Source: Sphagnum compactum | Lineage: Eukaryota | DNA length: 64,000 nucleotides | Reading direction: 5' to 3' | Assembly: GCA_965153455.1 (NCBI GenBank) | Contig: OZ234493.1 | Coordinates: forward strand, 8,112,213 to 8,176,212 | Shown: positions 27,265 to 41,919 of the stretch, piece after piece | How the letters are laid out: every line of letters starts with the position of its first letter | How positions within the stretch are numbered: the stretch's first letter is position 1 | The notes under the pieces: model-generated | The model's input: only the letters and a program-made list of their open reading frames with translations | Told to the model about the DNA's origin: nothing | The model's database searches: none | Made by a program: the position numbers and the translations under genes

Positions 27265-28489
27265 TCAACAATACTTTGCACCCATGGAGATCTGACCTTG
27301 TTCCCTTTCATGGGGGTCTTTGGAGCTTGTCCGAGAGGCATCTATGAGCACAAAATCTTCTGATGATGCATACTTTGCATACTTTCTAATGCGCCATGTG
27401 ATCAATATGCTGGACACAATGCCGATAGCAGGAAGAATGTAGGTCAATATTCCAGATTTGCTGGCAGTAGTCTTATCAGCACCCGCTTCCATTGTGGCAG
27501 CACTAGTAAGACTTCCAATTGAAGTGTTCTGTATAATCATGGGCAGGCCACCAGCAATGGTTGGCAGCAAATAATGCACAGGAAATGAGACATTTGTGGC
27601 TGCCAGACCATAGTTTATGACATATGATGGGACAGGGGAAAAGCGTGCTAACAATACGAATTTCCAACCATCTCGCACAACTCCTTTGTTGATAATGTCG
27701 AAGTACTTGTTCTTTCTCACCAAATCACTTGCCCAGGTGGAGCTCCGAAACAATGCCCTGCAATTTCCTCGGGTTCAGGTTATATCAACTCCATGCAGCT
27801 GTCACCAACCCTGGTTCCAACGCTATCAACAACACTATCAACATTCCTAGTGCTGAAGCCTTATCACATGATTCTTTTTTGGTCTTACTGTGTCACTGCT
27901 GTGAAAATCCATAAGAATTTCACTTCATCAAACTTGGTGGACAGAAAAAACAAGCACACTGGAAACCCTAACCAAAACAGGACCTTCAGTGCTTCTATCT
28001 TGCTCTTTGTATCTGCCCTTCAGATTGAAAGTCTCTTCCCTGCCAAATTCAGAAGATAGTGAACCAAAAATGGGATACCTTCTCACATGAGAGAATCAAA
28101 GAGCACATCAAGCAGAGATGATGGGACGAAGACCCGGGGGGGGGGGGGGGGGGGGGAAGAAGAATGCATTAAACTGACCTTCCAAGCCAGAAGGCGAGCG
28201 AAGCTCCCATGACTTTGGCAGCAAACACACACATGACGCCATTGAGGAAACCGAAGAGAAAAGATGCTGCTGCCTCGAAGACAATAGCATAAGGAAAGCA
28301 CAAAGCAATGGCAACAGTGTGCACCAGCACGAACACCGGCATGGCCCAGGGTCCGAGCCTCTCTGCAGAATAGCGAAATCCCTCCACCATCGCCTTCCGA
28401 TCTCCACCATACGCCTTCGTGATGACGAAGTAAACAGCTGCTGTCAGTATTAGCAAAGACAGCAAACCGATCCGGCCAGCTCCTCCCAT
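27265..28489 (-). CDS. SNARE-associated Golgi protein / TVP38-TMEM64 (DedA/VTT family) membrane protein
   Basis: Two exons, 28489-28179 and 27757-27265 (phase-2 GT-AG intron). LGPWAMPVFVLVHTVAIALCFPYAIVFEAAASFLFGF...GASLAFWLGR-ALFR...DGWKFVLLARFSPVPSYVINYGLAAT. Confidence 0.92.
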
Positions 28490-30565
28490 TTTAGGCACCC
28501 GTCCTCTTGCTCCCTTCTGTCTCCCCTTCTTTCAGCATCAGGCTGTTTTGTTGTCTGCCTTCTTCCCTCGTCTTCCTTATTCCACGCCGCTTATTAGTTC
28601 AACAAGCTTTTCTCCCTTTCCTGCAATTTCCTGTATCGCAGCCGCTTCCGCATAGAAGCCCCCTTGAGATCTTGCCGCCCAAAGCCTTCGACAATCGATC
28701 GATCTTGCCAAACCTGGACTAAGCAGAGAAGGAAAAAAGCATGTCCCATTCACAACGACGGAATTGAGGTTTTACAACTGCCACCGTCTGCCTCTCTGGT
28801 TTCTTTCAGGGTTCGAGAGCGAGTCGAAAGCCCGAACAAAAAACCAAAAATAAATAAAAATTCAGAGAATATCAATCTACCAAAAGAACCAAACACAAAA
28901 CTCGCTCAAATGCAGATGTGAAAGACATCAAACGTATGCGCTTGAACTGCATTCGGTGTCGTGTACAGAGTACAAACAAAGCATGACAAATTCTGGCCGT
29001 CACAGCGCGCAACGCGAGTAGCGTACAGCAGTGCGAGGAGAGGAAGAAGAGCGCCACACTAACTAGCATACTAATTACTCACTAACTGCAAGTCCATCAC
29101 TGTCAGTAAGTTGTTAATAAACGGACCAGAAGAAGTCGGTTAACTTCAGCGTTAAAGTAAGGTTGTTAGTATTAACTTTGGTGACTAGGGGAAATAAATT
29201 AGGCAATAATTTTTTTTGAAATGTTTTAGACATTTTTGAAAAAATACATAATAATTATTTTTAATTTTTTCATGGCAAAGACTTTCTTTGTGCATTTTCT
29301 TAGGGTTAGGTTTCTTTGTTCATTTTATGAATGCATTACATGTGAATTTCAACCCGAGCAAGTGCTAGGCTATATAAGAACCAATCTCAATTTGACGAAT
29401 TCATACATTTTATTTCATTTGACCATTTATGAAGAAAATACACGGATTATTCATAATTCATGATTTTTTTCCTTGTTATAAGTAGAATTACATAATTTAT
29501 CATTTAAAATTTTAACCATAAATTTATCAATAAATAACATTGATGTTGACTATAATTTCAATTGAAAACAAATAAGAAAATAATAACCTCCCAATGCAAG
29601 AGGTATGGAACAAATACTAAAATGAACTTCCTCAAAATTATAATTCTAACTTGATGTAAGGTAAAGCCCTAAGATGAAGGCATTACCAAAATTAAGGGCA
29701 AGAGTTAATGCCTTACATGCAATAACTAAATGAAAACCCAATTCTAGTAATATTCTCGTCTAAAGGCCTTATTAGTTAAAAAGATAGAGGCCGATCAAAT
29801 AGTGGCTAACATAAACATGTATGGTTTTATGAACCCACCTTGCAAATAACAATAAATAAATAAATAAATAGCAACTTTAAAATGCATAATAAAGTCTTGA
29901 AATGAAATATACCTTCTCAATTGTGCATGTAACTTACACAAGATAGATGTGCCATGTAAATAACTAGCGAGCATTAAAGAAAGGTGTCATGTAAATAACT
30001 AGTGAGCAAAAGCTTTTGCACTCATGAGGATGAGATTGATTAATTAGCTTTCCCGTCAACCATAATTCTCTTACTTTGCATGGGTGATTTCAAATGTCAC
30101 ACAATTGAACCCAATTGTTGCCTAGCAAATGTGCACTAATTTTGGAATCAAATTAAGTTAGTTTAACTTAACATTTGGACTCAACTTGGAACAATCTATT
30201 TATAATTTGTCACAAATGTGATTGCATTTGCACAACAATCTAAACAATAAAAATATGTCTTTATTCCCCAAACACTCACCACAACATTCCACCATTCTTC
30301 CAATCCATCTAACACATTTTTAGTGCATCTATCCAAATCTTACTCAAAACTAAATAGTTGATTGTCATTGGTAATGTGAAACAACACAAAGCCCAAGTGG
30401 GTTGTTGTGTATTAACGATTAAATATGCAAAGATTTTTTTAGCTGTGGGCTATTATTATCCCCTCCATCACCAAAGGCGGATTGAACCAACTCTAAGAAT
30501 GTACAAGTTGTTGTAGGGATCAAATTCTCATCCCCAAATAGAAGGTATAATATTTTTCATTCTAA

Positions 30566-30960
30566 TTTTTTGAAAATGAACCAAAAGGTAACCCATTACC
30601 AAACAAAAGTAAGGACCTTTTATGTTCATTTTTTATTTTAGTTTTTACACCCCACACCCATTACCAAATTTGTGGGTGGGACATATGTGGATAGGGTTTT
30701 TTGAAAATGAACACAAAAAAACCCATCACCAAACATAGGCCCAAACCTTTTATATTCAAATTTTATTTCATTTTTACACCTTACACCCATTACCAAAATG
30801 TGATCATATGTGGACAATGTTTTTGAAAATGAACACCAAAACACCCATCACCAAACAAGGGCAACTTGACCCTCAATGTTCACTTTTGTTTCAATTTTTA
30901 TGCCCCACACCTATGACCAAATTGTTTGGGGGACAAATGTCAACAACCTTTTTTTTAATG
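30566..30960 (+). repeat. Diverged tandem repeat, ~125-130 bp unit, about 3 copies
   Basis: tttttgaaaatgaac...acccatcaccaaac...cacccattaccaaa recurs at ~30566, ~30697 and ~30820. Confidence 0.7.
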
Positions 30961-32149
30961 TGTAGAAAAAAAACCCTTAGGGCAAACAGGCTAGTGATTG
31001 AACACTTAAACATTCAGTGTAGGCCGAATCCAAGGGGAGGGATCAGTTGTTTCTAGTGTCTAAACAAAACTTGAATTCCTCCTCTTGATGCATTTGAAAC
31101 ACTAACAATCGTAAAAAATGGATTAAAAATGAGAAAGTTACAGCCCCGTTAAATAAAGGGGGTCAAGAACTTTAAAAAACAAAACATTGAACATTTCAAA
31201 GTTTGGTTCCCAAACACCCAAAAAAATCTTTGAATGTTGTTCAATTGTTATTAAAGTTGAAAGATGATTTGTAGAACTTTAGGTGTTGCCCCTATAGCAT
31301 TTTAAATTGTTTAAAATGAAAAAAAAAAGAAAATGTTATGAGATTTGAAAGTAAGAGGGGTCCAAAGAAAAAAAAAAACGTGTTTTGTAAGTTGGAAAGT
31401 TTTTTTTTTTTCTTGTTATTTTTTCATTACTGTTTTTCCTTTACACTTCAAAGATGATTTTTAGAGCTTGACGTAACACTCCCATAACATTTTAAATCAC
31501 TCAAAATGAAGCACATATGATGAAGATATAAATAAGTGTTCAATCATAAGCAAGTGATCGATGATGGGCCGATCTATCCTAAGGGTGCTAGTGAAATGTT
31601 CATCCCCTTTCTTACTTTTGATATCCCATTTATGCTAAACAATCTAACAATAAGAAAGGTGAACTTTCATTACTAAGAGGTTCACCACAAAACTTCCATC
31701 ACTAAATTGTGAGGGTGAAAAAGGTTGTCCATTAATTTTTTGAACCAAACATTTTGATTTTAAAATGAATTTGAACAATGACCCACTAGGTGATTATTTG
31801 TCATAGGTGTTTTTTGGGTGGTTTTGGTGTTCACCCATCAATTTGTAATTAGTAATAAGTGGTTTTATCCTAATACCCTACAAGTTAATTTAAGTAAAAA
31901 AATTGTCATTAATAAATTGTTAAGTGGCACTAATAACCTACAAATGAACATGAACAAAAGTTTAATGTTGTTAAAGGTTGTTCACACATGCAGATAATAT
32001 CGTCAATAATGATGAAAATAACTACATTTGTTCAAATTGCATCATGTCTTAATGGCATGCCTACATGGCAAGTTATCAATCTAACTATTAGTTAATGGTA
32101 ACTTATTAGTAATCTATTACTACAAATTGATAAATCTTCCAAATTCAAA

Positions 32150-34025
32150 GATTTGGATGCTTATCACTAAGGATAAGTTATCACCACAAAATCTAGGCAA
32201 GTAAGTAATCATCATGGAACCTATCTTCAAACTTCGGCTTGGAACTTCAACACCAAAACACCTCGAATTATAACAAGTTTCACATTCTTCGACTATGTCT
32301 TTAGGAGTTTCTCCAAATGCTACAGAGGTTCTTCTAGAATGGAGATGCATAACTCTTCATCAATTCCTACGGCAAACAATGCAACAATGCCATTAATAGG
32401 AGGGAGAGGTGTAAGTGGTGAAGGCATAGGAGGGAGAAGTGCAAATAGCAAAGGCATTGGATCAGCAAAAGTAAGATGAGAGCCAATGCAACATAGGCAT
32501 GTTGTAATGTGGTGGAACAAAATAGCCAAATAATTTTAGAAACTAATCAAAACAAAATGCCAAGGAATGGGACGATGTGTAAGGACAAGTGGAATGGAAT
32601 CAATTCGGATTTCAAAAAGTTTTTTGACTACCATAAAGGTACCGAACACCACACATTGTATTGGGAATTGATTACAAAAGAGGGTGACAATTATCATTTA
32701 ACTTGATCCTTCAATAGAAAGTATTAAAATGTAATTGAAGCATTTCAAGGAGAGCGCATCATCAACAAACCACTAAATGTGAAAGATTTATAGTCTGAAG
32801 GTTCATTCAATTTTCATTCACACAAGAGTTTTTTAATGAGGATGATGTGTTAGAAAAAAGAATTCCAATTAAATAACCTTGGGTGAATGTCATCAATTTG
32901 TCACATGATTATGCCGACAATCTGTCAGGACCTAAATGTCGTGCATTTATTTTCAACCTCATTAATGCTCCAAGCACATGTGTTATACCACCACAAGGTC
33001 CTTCGATAACTCCAATTACCCCTGCAAACACAAGAATCAAATGAAAGCAGTCAAACATTTTTTCACATGTAATTGATGCAACTACGAAAAATAGCAAAAA
33101 ACTTGTGGAAGTAATGGATTGTGTCAACTAGACATAATTGGAGATTGAAGACTATCGCACCATTGTCCAAGAGCATACCATGAAAGACCAATTGAAATAT
33201 TTCAAATAGAGAAACAAACAAGAACATGGTGAGTGTTTTATTTCAACTCATCACAGCAATGTGTCATGCCTTCATCTAGGACAAGTTGTTCCTGCTTACA
33301 CCTTTGCAACTAGCTTCAAACTTGTCAGAAGAAGAAATGGACATTCAACCAACGGAAGAAGTGCAACCTGCAAAAGAGGTGATTCCAAAAACCAATTAAA
33401 TTCCTGCAACAATAACAATTCACTTTAGTAAATTTGGTTCCATATTACAATACATGAATTACATTTGATTGTAGAAGATCATCATTGTTGAATTCACAAG
33501 TTCACAAGTTTAGTTTCCAATTCATCGACAAATTTCATGCTACATTTGTAAACGATCATTTTGAAATGTCAATGCATTCAGCAGGGCCTATTTCTCAAGT
33601 ACTATTTTAAAATTAACCTTTGATTTGTTCTTGAATTTTTTGTATCTTCCAATTCAACTTCAATGTCATTGTCTTCTATAGTAGTCCTCTCTCTCTCACT
33701 CAAATCATCTATACCAAACCTTTATATTTGCCCCAAATCAGTTTGATGCACATAGTTAAGAGAACTTTCCATATTTAATTGAACCATCAAAGCTTCCATT
33801 TCAAGGTTCTTCCCATCCAAGATCATGTTATAAAAGATACATTAGTAAAGAACTACATCAAGTAAAAACAAAATATGTAGATTGGTTTTTAGAAGTAGTT
33901 ATTTAAAGTTTTTTTTCAAAATACCAAATGAATTCTCAATAATACTTCTACCTTGAGAGAGATGTTTATTGTACACTGCTGCTAGGATAGTATGTTGAAT
34001 GTTGTTGATACTAGGTTTAAGGATT
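32150..34025. mobile_element. PIF/Harbinger remnant: Myb/SANT-like ORF (+) convergent with a transposase C-terminus (-)
   Basis: + strand 32470-32706: ...PRNGTMCKDKWNGINSDFKKFFDYHKGTEHHTLYWEL (trihelix/MADF-like). - strand ~34020-33820: QHTILAAVYNKHLSQGRSIIENSFGILKK (DDE_Tnp_4-type N..R..IE..FG.LK motif). Confidence 0.75.
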
Positions 34026-36395
34026 ATGTTGGTTGGTTATTATTTTTTTAATAACTATTGGGTAGGGATTTTTTCAAATTTTTTGGGGACCGCACATGTT
34101 ATCAATATCAATATTTGAGTTATGCATTGTTGTCCACACTATTAGTTTGATGAATTGACTTTGTGAAAATTAAATATTATTTGAATGGAAATGTTGAATT
34201 ACATTACATGCAACTTGAATTGTTTAAAGAATTCATGATTATTGTCATTTTATTTAACATATCTAAATATTTTTGAAGATTTTTTTAAAAAAATTATTGC
34301 AAATTATGCCTCTTTGAATAATATGTCATATTTGATTTTTTTTCATTTTTCATTTTAATTAGATTTATTATCTCTCTTTTTTCAAACAATAAATTGTGCA
34401 TATTTCATTATACAACGTTTTTTTCACACACATATAATTTTTACATTATTTATTTGCTAGGCCATTTAGATGTGTTTTTTATTTTTTCGTGCATTGTTGA
34501 TGATTCTCAAATTGAGTAATTCATTCAGCTTGGTTTTTTTTTAATTGACTTTGATATTGTTGAATTTAACATCTCATAATATTTTGGGAAATATAAAATT
34601 GGTTACAATTTTGTTTGAGAGGATTGTGATGAAAGATTATGTCATTGATTTTAGTATGAAATGAACCAAAAAAAACTACTAATGTAAATTTGATAATTGT
34701 TGGGAACCCAAAGTCATAAAATATTGTGCAATATTTGCTTTGGATCCATCATAGGTATGGTGTGCTTTGTAGAAGGGGTATCAGCCTTGTATTGGTCCCA
34801 AGGTTAAAAAAGGATACAAATGGGCAGACTGGAGAAAAAAATCGCACCAGGGCTTTTGTACTGACTGCATTCATTTCATTCGGCCGATTTGCCCACAGAT
34901 GCAAGTTCTGCAAATTTGCCCACAGTTGCAAAAGGAGTGTAATTCTTTTTCAAAATCTGCTTCATATTGACAACCTCCATGAATGCAGTATCTGAATGTG
35001 ATGAGGTCCAACAGTTTTCCATCAAAATATGTCGCATTTTGCAAAACTAAAACCCCAGAAAAACCCTTTGGAACATTCACAATTGACTTTCCATTTGTTG
35101 CCAGAGTAAAAATTGACTGACATGATTTTTTTTTTTTGGGAGAATCACTAATGATTCTACTTCAGAAAACCCCCAAAAAAAACACTCCATATAATGTTAA
35201 GGTATAACATACATACTTGAACTCCACACCAAAAAAACAGGTGTACAACAACTTTACCATCATCTTCAAGAGTTTCAAATGTTACCCAAATTGCAACGAT
35301 CGAAAGTCAATCCTCAATCTAAGTTTAAAAATGAAGAATTCTGTTACCAGGAAATAAAATTGACAGACGCAATATTGTCAGTAGATGCAACAAAAACAGT
35401 ATACACAACCTAGGGAGAATTGCTGCAAAAGTTAGACTCAGAACAGATAGTTATCTTTATGGTTGCAGAGAACTGCCCTGCACACAGTTACACAAATAGT
35501 CCTGAGAATACCAACAAAGTTCAATTATCCATACAACTTTTGTCAGGCATAATGCACAGCACAGTAACTCCACAACAGGAATCTGTGTTGCAAAAACTGC
35601 AATTCAATTTGAAGAAAACCCAAGTAACTTGCTGTTGCTCCATAATTGACATACCTCATTTCCTAGTTTTCTCACATCTCCTGCCTGCACAATACAGGTT
35701 CAGACTTATAACCATGGCTCCTGTCTATAAGTCCGAACAGCCACACAGCCTCTATAAACTGAAAAACTAACCCTTTCTGCTCACAAGCTTTTCAAGTGTT
35801 GAGAGTCTCTGGGTCAATACTGGTCACCAGTTAGCTCTCATGTCTTTCCACTTGTCTAACGGAACCAATGGCCACCCAATTTCCAACCTGCATTACAAAA
35901 GCAGATTCACTTATTTATTTTACTGTAGGGCAACAATGTGCATGAGTTGGAGACATGTGCTCCATTCTGTTTCAAGGATGGATTCATTAGCAATTGCTAT
36001 TTCTCACTATCCCTCATAAAAAGTATTGTGTCCCACAAAACTGTGCTAGCTAATGCATTAGCAGTTTACGCTTATGAATGGAAGGAATCAATATTTAGTG
36101 AATAGTTAGATAATCATAATCAATATCTGAACATGTGCCTAAGCAGCATATTTGCCCCCTGTTGAAATATGCTTCAATAGCTTTTGTGAACTATTGCATT
36201 CTATATCTGGTGTGGTGAGTTTCTCCTGTTAACTCCTCAACTCCTACATCTTCTAAAACTCAAGAATGTCACAACTTCTAAACAAAACTTGGGAGGAGAG
36301 CGAACTGTGGGACATACACAATCATTCATTTTGCATTCTCAACTGATGAGATTCTTGTTTAAATTTGATAGCAAGGAATGGACATAATACCACGG

Positions 36396-39300
36396 TCAAG
36401 AATCATCATCTTGGTCCCAGGGCTGCTGCTGGTCATACCACCATGTCTTCACAGTGCAGTCATGGGAACAGCTGTTCACAGAATTTCCAGTTAACATTCT
36501 TAGAACTCATAATCATAAGATACCCATATGATGTGAAAATTAGCCAGAAATAAGATTTTCCTTGTACATGAACTTTTCAGATGTGTAGATTGTCAGAGAG
36601 CATCTAATCCCAATTTTCCCAAATTGCCAGAGGTAGAACAAATTAATTGTGATCCGTAACCGTAGACACAGGAGAAACAAAGAAGAGAGAACTAGAAAAA
36701 AGTACCTTACAAGAAGGCTCTGGTGGGGATTCCAAATAGCACGATAAGCAATGTCACTGTGGCTATCATTACTATGGGCACCCAAACGCTGCAGCACCTC
36801 CCCTGTTGCTGCATCCCAAATGTAGATCAAGCCATCCTGCAGCCACACAAGTTGACAAGTCTCAGAAAGAACAAGAGGATGTCAACTACTACCACAGATG
36901 TATTGGAACTACAAACAGATTGAAGTTCATGTCTCATATGCTACATACTGAGAGATTCATCCCAAGTTCTGCTGCAATATCCCAATTCACTTACTACCAA
37001 AAATACACAACTTCACATTACTCCTGACCGCCCAATCATGGGATTTCTTTTTTCATGGAGCAATGACAACATCAATGATGAAAACCTCAATGAGCAGTAC
37101 TACCTCAGATCCACCAACTACAAGAGAATCATCAGGTCCAAAGCTTGCTCTGACAAAGTTTTTACTGGTGTTTTGATGACCCTTGAATCTCCTTATTGGG
37201 CGTGCCTGCATCAGCACAACATTCATTTGACATTGAAAAAGTGCAATACATGGAAGAAGCAACAAGCTCCAATAACTATGCTGCAAAATCTCAACAAGAC
37301 AAAGCACTAGTAGCCACCAGAATTCCTAATCGTTCCAAACTGTAATACTAAAGAGCTGTTGTAAAAAGTAAAGCACTGACCAATCGCACATCCCAGAGTC
37401 GATTGGAGTTGTCCTTAGACCCACTTAACAAAAGACTACCAGCCTTGTTCATCTCCACGGACGTTACCTCTGCACACAAGTTACCATGTAAGAGAGCATG
37501 ACAATTGACAGCCCCATGGCTCATACCAGCTTCACCAGCAATGTTCACAATGACAGATTGTGCATGCAAAGCCAAATCATAGTTATATTTGGCTTTGCTG
37601 TTCCAAGAGACATGACAGCTGATTTGGGTTGCGATAACAATTCTACTCCTTAAATCTGCTGTCAACACCACCAAGAATAGTATCCATAGAAACTCATGTA
37701 TTGATATCCATCACTGGGTGTCAGCTGAAAGTTGAAGAAAATGACAGCACCTCCAAAATGAGAGCTGTAGGTCTTCACACAAACCCCACTGACCAAGTCC
37801 CAGAACTTGATTGTGTAATCCTTTGACCTGCCATTTACAACAGTTATGAGAACTGATCTTCGGAAGAAATTTGTAATCCTTGCAAATACCAAACCCTGCT
37901 TCCTTGGAGTACTCTCCCCCCTAAGTTGAGCCTTCCTTGCAAAAGAGATGATATCTGACTACATCACTAATCTTCTTTACTCAGTAGGGCCACAGGGTCA
38001 ACAAATCATGATTTCACTCCTCCCTCCTAAACCTATTGAGAGACCAGGTTGAGCAATCACGCACCCACTAATGACAAGGTTGCCCAAAGGATTGAAAATG
38101 ACACGTGAGACAGCAGAGTTATGACCGATGAATGTGCGTAACAGTGCACCTGTGCGTGCATCCCAGAGTCTTACAGTTTTATCATATCCCCCTGTCACCA
38201 CATAATTCTGCATCATCCTTAGAGTACTTAGTTTCTGTTCACACATCAATTCCAGCATTCCTGAAAGAGATTGCATCACAACCTAGGGATACAAATACAA
38301 CACTGAACTTCCTTATAGGAGAATGCACTATCCTCAAATGCATGCATCAAGCACAAGAAAGCAGGGGAGTGAGTGTACATTTGATTGGTGGAATTTGACA
38401 CTATATACATCGCCCTCATGGCCAGAAAGTGTTGCTGAACATGCTGACTTTGTTGTTCCCCGCAAGTTCCAAAACTGTTAAGGGTGACCATGATTTGCAA
38501 ATTAGCGACATGGATAGTTCACATTTGCTTCAAAACTTATAAGAATCCTGAAAACATAACCAGTGCTTTGCACAATAATGAATTTATTCTACAAAAACCA
38601 TGAATTGGATAGTCAACAAGTCCAACCAGGTTATATAACTCTCCAGAGGAAAAAATCCCTCAGTTTCCTCACATTCATCTGGTGTGATTATCTATACCTT
38701 GACAGTTGAATCCCCAGAAGCACTGGCCACAACATCCCCACTGCTGCTGGAAGTGACATCCCATATTCGGGAAGTATGGCCTCCACCACTTCCCAGGTCT
38801 CCATCTCCTAGCACTCGCACACATTGCCCGTCCTCAACATCCCAGACTCGCAACATGTTGTCACTGCAGCACATCCATTTCCAAGGGAGAGAAAAATCCT
38901 CTTAGCAATTGTAGTTCCCAATCAACCATAATACATGCAACACGTTAGGCTTTCTCCATCTTATGCTGGCATCCTGTCATGCTGATGGTGTGACAGAAAT
39001 TCCATGGAAGACCTCTCTCAATTTCCATAAGGAGAGTGTATATGAATATGATTACACCATTCTTGAAAGGAAACCAAGATAAAAGTGACATACACCTAGG
39101 TATGCATGGTAGTGTTTGTTTAGCATATGGGTGGGCATTGTGGCTTATGTACCTGGAACCAGAAACAAGGAGAGTGCCCTCTTCTCCAACAAAGTCTACA
39201 CACCTGCCCACACAAAATCACTTCAGAAACATGAAGGTGCATCCACCCCAAAATGATGATCATGGAAATAATTTAGAAAATGAGCATCTCCAAAGGGACA

Positions 39301-41919
39301 CTGTGGAGAGGGAAAAGCTGGAAACAAGCACAAGGAAAAAAAATCATACTGTCCACCTAGAAAACTAGTGGGAGGGCAGCATAACTGAGAGAAGCAGTAA
39401 GGACATACTTCACATTGCTGCGATGGCCTCGAAAGGTGGTCTTGTGCGCATTGGGAAGAACAAAGCATGAGTAGTCCTCCAGCAATCTGTGCACACGGCA
39501 GCCAGCACCAGTGCACCCTTATGAATGCTGCGCTCACCCCCCTCATTTCCCCTGCCCCTGCCAAAGACCCCATTCTCATCAACATCCCTGGGGGTTCTGG
39601 GAAGGCAGTGGATGATGCACCATGCAAGAAAACCTCAGAAAAGGATCCCACAAATGACGAAAGAAGAGACATGTCAATATGCTCATACAACACTTCCTCT
39701 GAATATTGGGCGTAACATACCCTTGCACTTGTAGTCCTCCTCTTGGAAACTCCTACAGTGGTAAACATTTCATCCCATAACACTCTCATGCAGTCAATGA
39801 GAAACAAGAACCAGGAATAAAGAGTTTCACCCACAGGGCATAAGAACATGTACCCTTAATCCCAGATCCTCCTAGCACTTAGAAGTACACAGCTGGAGGT
39901 ACAGAGATGCAAGAAGGAAAGAGAATTTGCAAGCAGACGACAGAATTGGCAGAAAAAGAGTACAGGAAACTTACGTGGGAATGCTGGGGACAACCTTAGG
40001 ATGATATCTACTGAACTCAATTTGGTAGCGAACAGCCTGCTTCAACAGATGCAAAAGACGCTGTGGCTGCACCTCCTGCCTTGTAACTGTTCCCATGCAA
40101 ACAAACACAGATAATGCTTGGCTTTTGCTACCAAGAACCCTAAACCCTTCCAGAACTACTCAGAACATTTTGGCAGATTTCTAGATAGCCAAGAGAGACC
40201 ATGAAGCTACTCGATTTGTCCACATATGAGAAGCTAGTGTGGCAGACATTACTCAACCATTTCTCAATCTGTTTTTAACATCAGTTTATGAGTCTGAAAT
40301 CTACCTGCAAGGTCATTATTCTCTATCTCCATCATCGATGAGAACTGCTCCACAAGCTTCTCCCTGTGCACCCCCCAAATTGCATTCATTTTCTGAAATT
40401 GAGAACAGTCACAATATCTCCCTATGGATTATCTCCTCCAGTCTGCATCAGATGCTGGGAGAGCTACAGAACCTAACAAATAGGCAGTACTCAATTGCAA
40501 TGACCTTTCAGGTGTTCCTCATAAGTACCTGGAACTAGCTACGCCTTCCCAATTTTTGAAAAAGGGGGCATCCTGTATACACTTGCACGTCAAGAGGTAG
40601 CACAAATCCTTGAACTCATTGTGTAGGCTCCCCATTTGTTCCAATGGCTTCAACCTTTTGGTGAGCAGCACAAATGCCTGGATGAAATCCAAGGAGCAGC
40701 AGTAAACTCAAACCATCAGTTAGGAAACACTCAACCCATCAGGCATGTTTGCAGCATGCCCCCAAAGATGTCTGCTCTGGAATGCAGAGGGGAGGAAAAG
40801 AACCTTCTGGTGCTCATGTTGCTCAATAAGCTCCAGGTATTGCTGCTTATAAACTGTGTAGAGAAAATGCTTGTGATCCTTCAATGGCGTTTTCTGCACC
40901 AGCTTCTCTGTGGTAGCCCAATCTCCATCTGTACACCATTGTCAATGGGGGGAACTCAATTCTCAAGGAAAGGTTATTAAGGCAGATAAGAGACAAACAG
41001 AAGAGGAAAAAAAAAGATGCTCTTACCAAGAATTGCAGTCTTGATGCCCTTAAAGTGGGAACGGTTTTTGAGATGTTCTGTGAAGCGCACATTGGCTTCA
41101 TCCTGGATTGTCATAATTGATGCAACATAGCCTTCATCTTGCAAATACTGCACTATCATACGGACAACATCCTGCAAACCAGTGCCCACAGACCCAAATT
41201 CAAAAACCTAGTATACAAACAAACCCTGTTCCTGCTCATCACAGCACAGAACCCCAGTTCAGGGTAGAAAAATAAAAACATAGCCTCCATCTTGCAGATA
41301 CCGGATTATCATGCGAATCACATCCTGCAAACTAGCACTCAAAGACCCAATTTCAAAAGCCCTAGTATACAACCAAAAGCACAGAACCCCAGCTCAGGAA
41401 AAAAAGAAAAGAAAAATAGATAGCCTTCATAGCTTTCATCTTGCAGATAGCACATGATCATGCAAATCACATCATGTAAACTAGTGCCTCAAAGACCCAA
41501 ATTCGAAACCTAATAAAGAAACAAACCCAGATCCTGCTCTTCACAGCACAGAAAACCTAATTCAGAAAGGAAAATTCAGCACGAACCCTAATTACTTATC
41601 TGGTTTAAGATGCACAATTCAGATCCTGCTCTCTCACACAACGAATCTAGATGATTTCTCTGATACAAAACTGCTGGAAATCAGAAGAAGAAGAAAAACC
41701 GGAAGCGAGATTCATCTGGTGGGTGCAGAATTAGGGTTAGGGTTTGAGAACCTCTTTGATCTTGGGATTCTCATGGTCGAAGATGGCATCATCGTTGCCG
41801 ATGGTTCTACGAGGCGGTCCGGCATAGACAGCGCCACGAGCACGCTCCGTGAGCTCACCAGGACCACTGCCGCTGCTGCCGCCACCACCACCACCAGAGC
41901 CTCCGCCGCCGCCATTCAT
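36396..41919 (-). CDS. LisH-CTLH(-CRA) plus WD40-repeat protein (TOPLESS/SMU1/WDR26/WDR47-type architecture)
   Basis: About 15 exons. Exon 1 41919-41752 (MNGGGGG...RRTIGNDDAIFDHENPKIKE). LisH DVVRMIVQYLQDEGYVASIMTIQDEANV (from 41171). CTLH-like FLYTVYKQQYLELIE...FKDLCYLLT; QRLLHLLKQAVRYQ. WD40 repeats such as GHTSRIWDV..ASASGDSTVK, VTGGYDKTVRLWD, LSGSKDNSNRLWD. Last exon SCSHDCTVKTWWYD...DDDS, stop at 36396-36398. Confidence 0.88.
41126..41570 (-). repeat. Tandem triplication (~150 bp unit) of the intron 1 3' end plus the LisH exon start
   Basis: catagcc(t/c)tcatcttgca.ata...atcat.c.....acatc.tg.aaac.ag...c.ca.agacccaa recurs at ~41126, ~41279 and ~41428. Confidence 0.85.

Noticed and set aside
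28135-28156. Poly-G run as a functional G-quadruplex (another at ~58722-58745)
   Set aside because: Simple homopolymers in an intron and a dead transposase; length is unreliable and there is no supporting evidence.
39223-39849. 208-aa ORF
   Set aside because: Mostly intron read-through; the WD40 exon here (LLEDYSCFVLPNAHKTTFRGHRSNVK, ~39488-39408) is in another frame.
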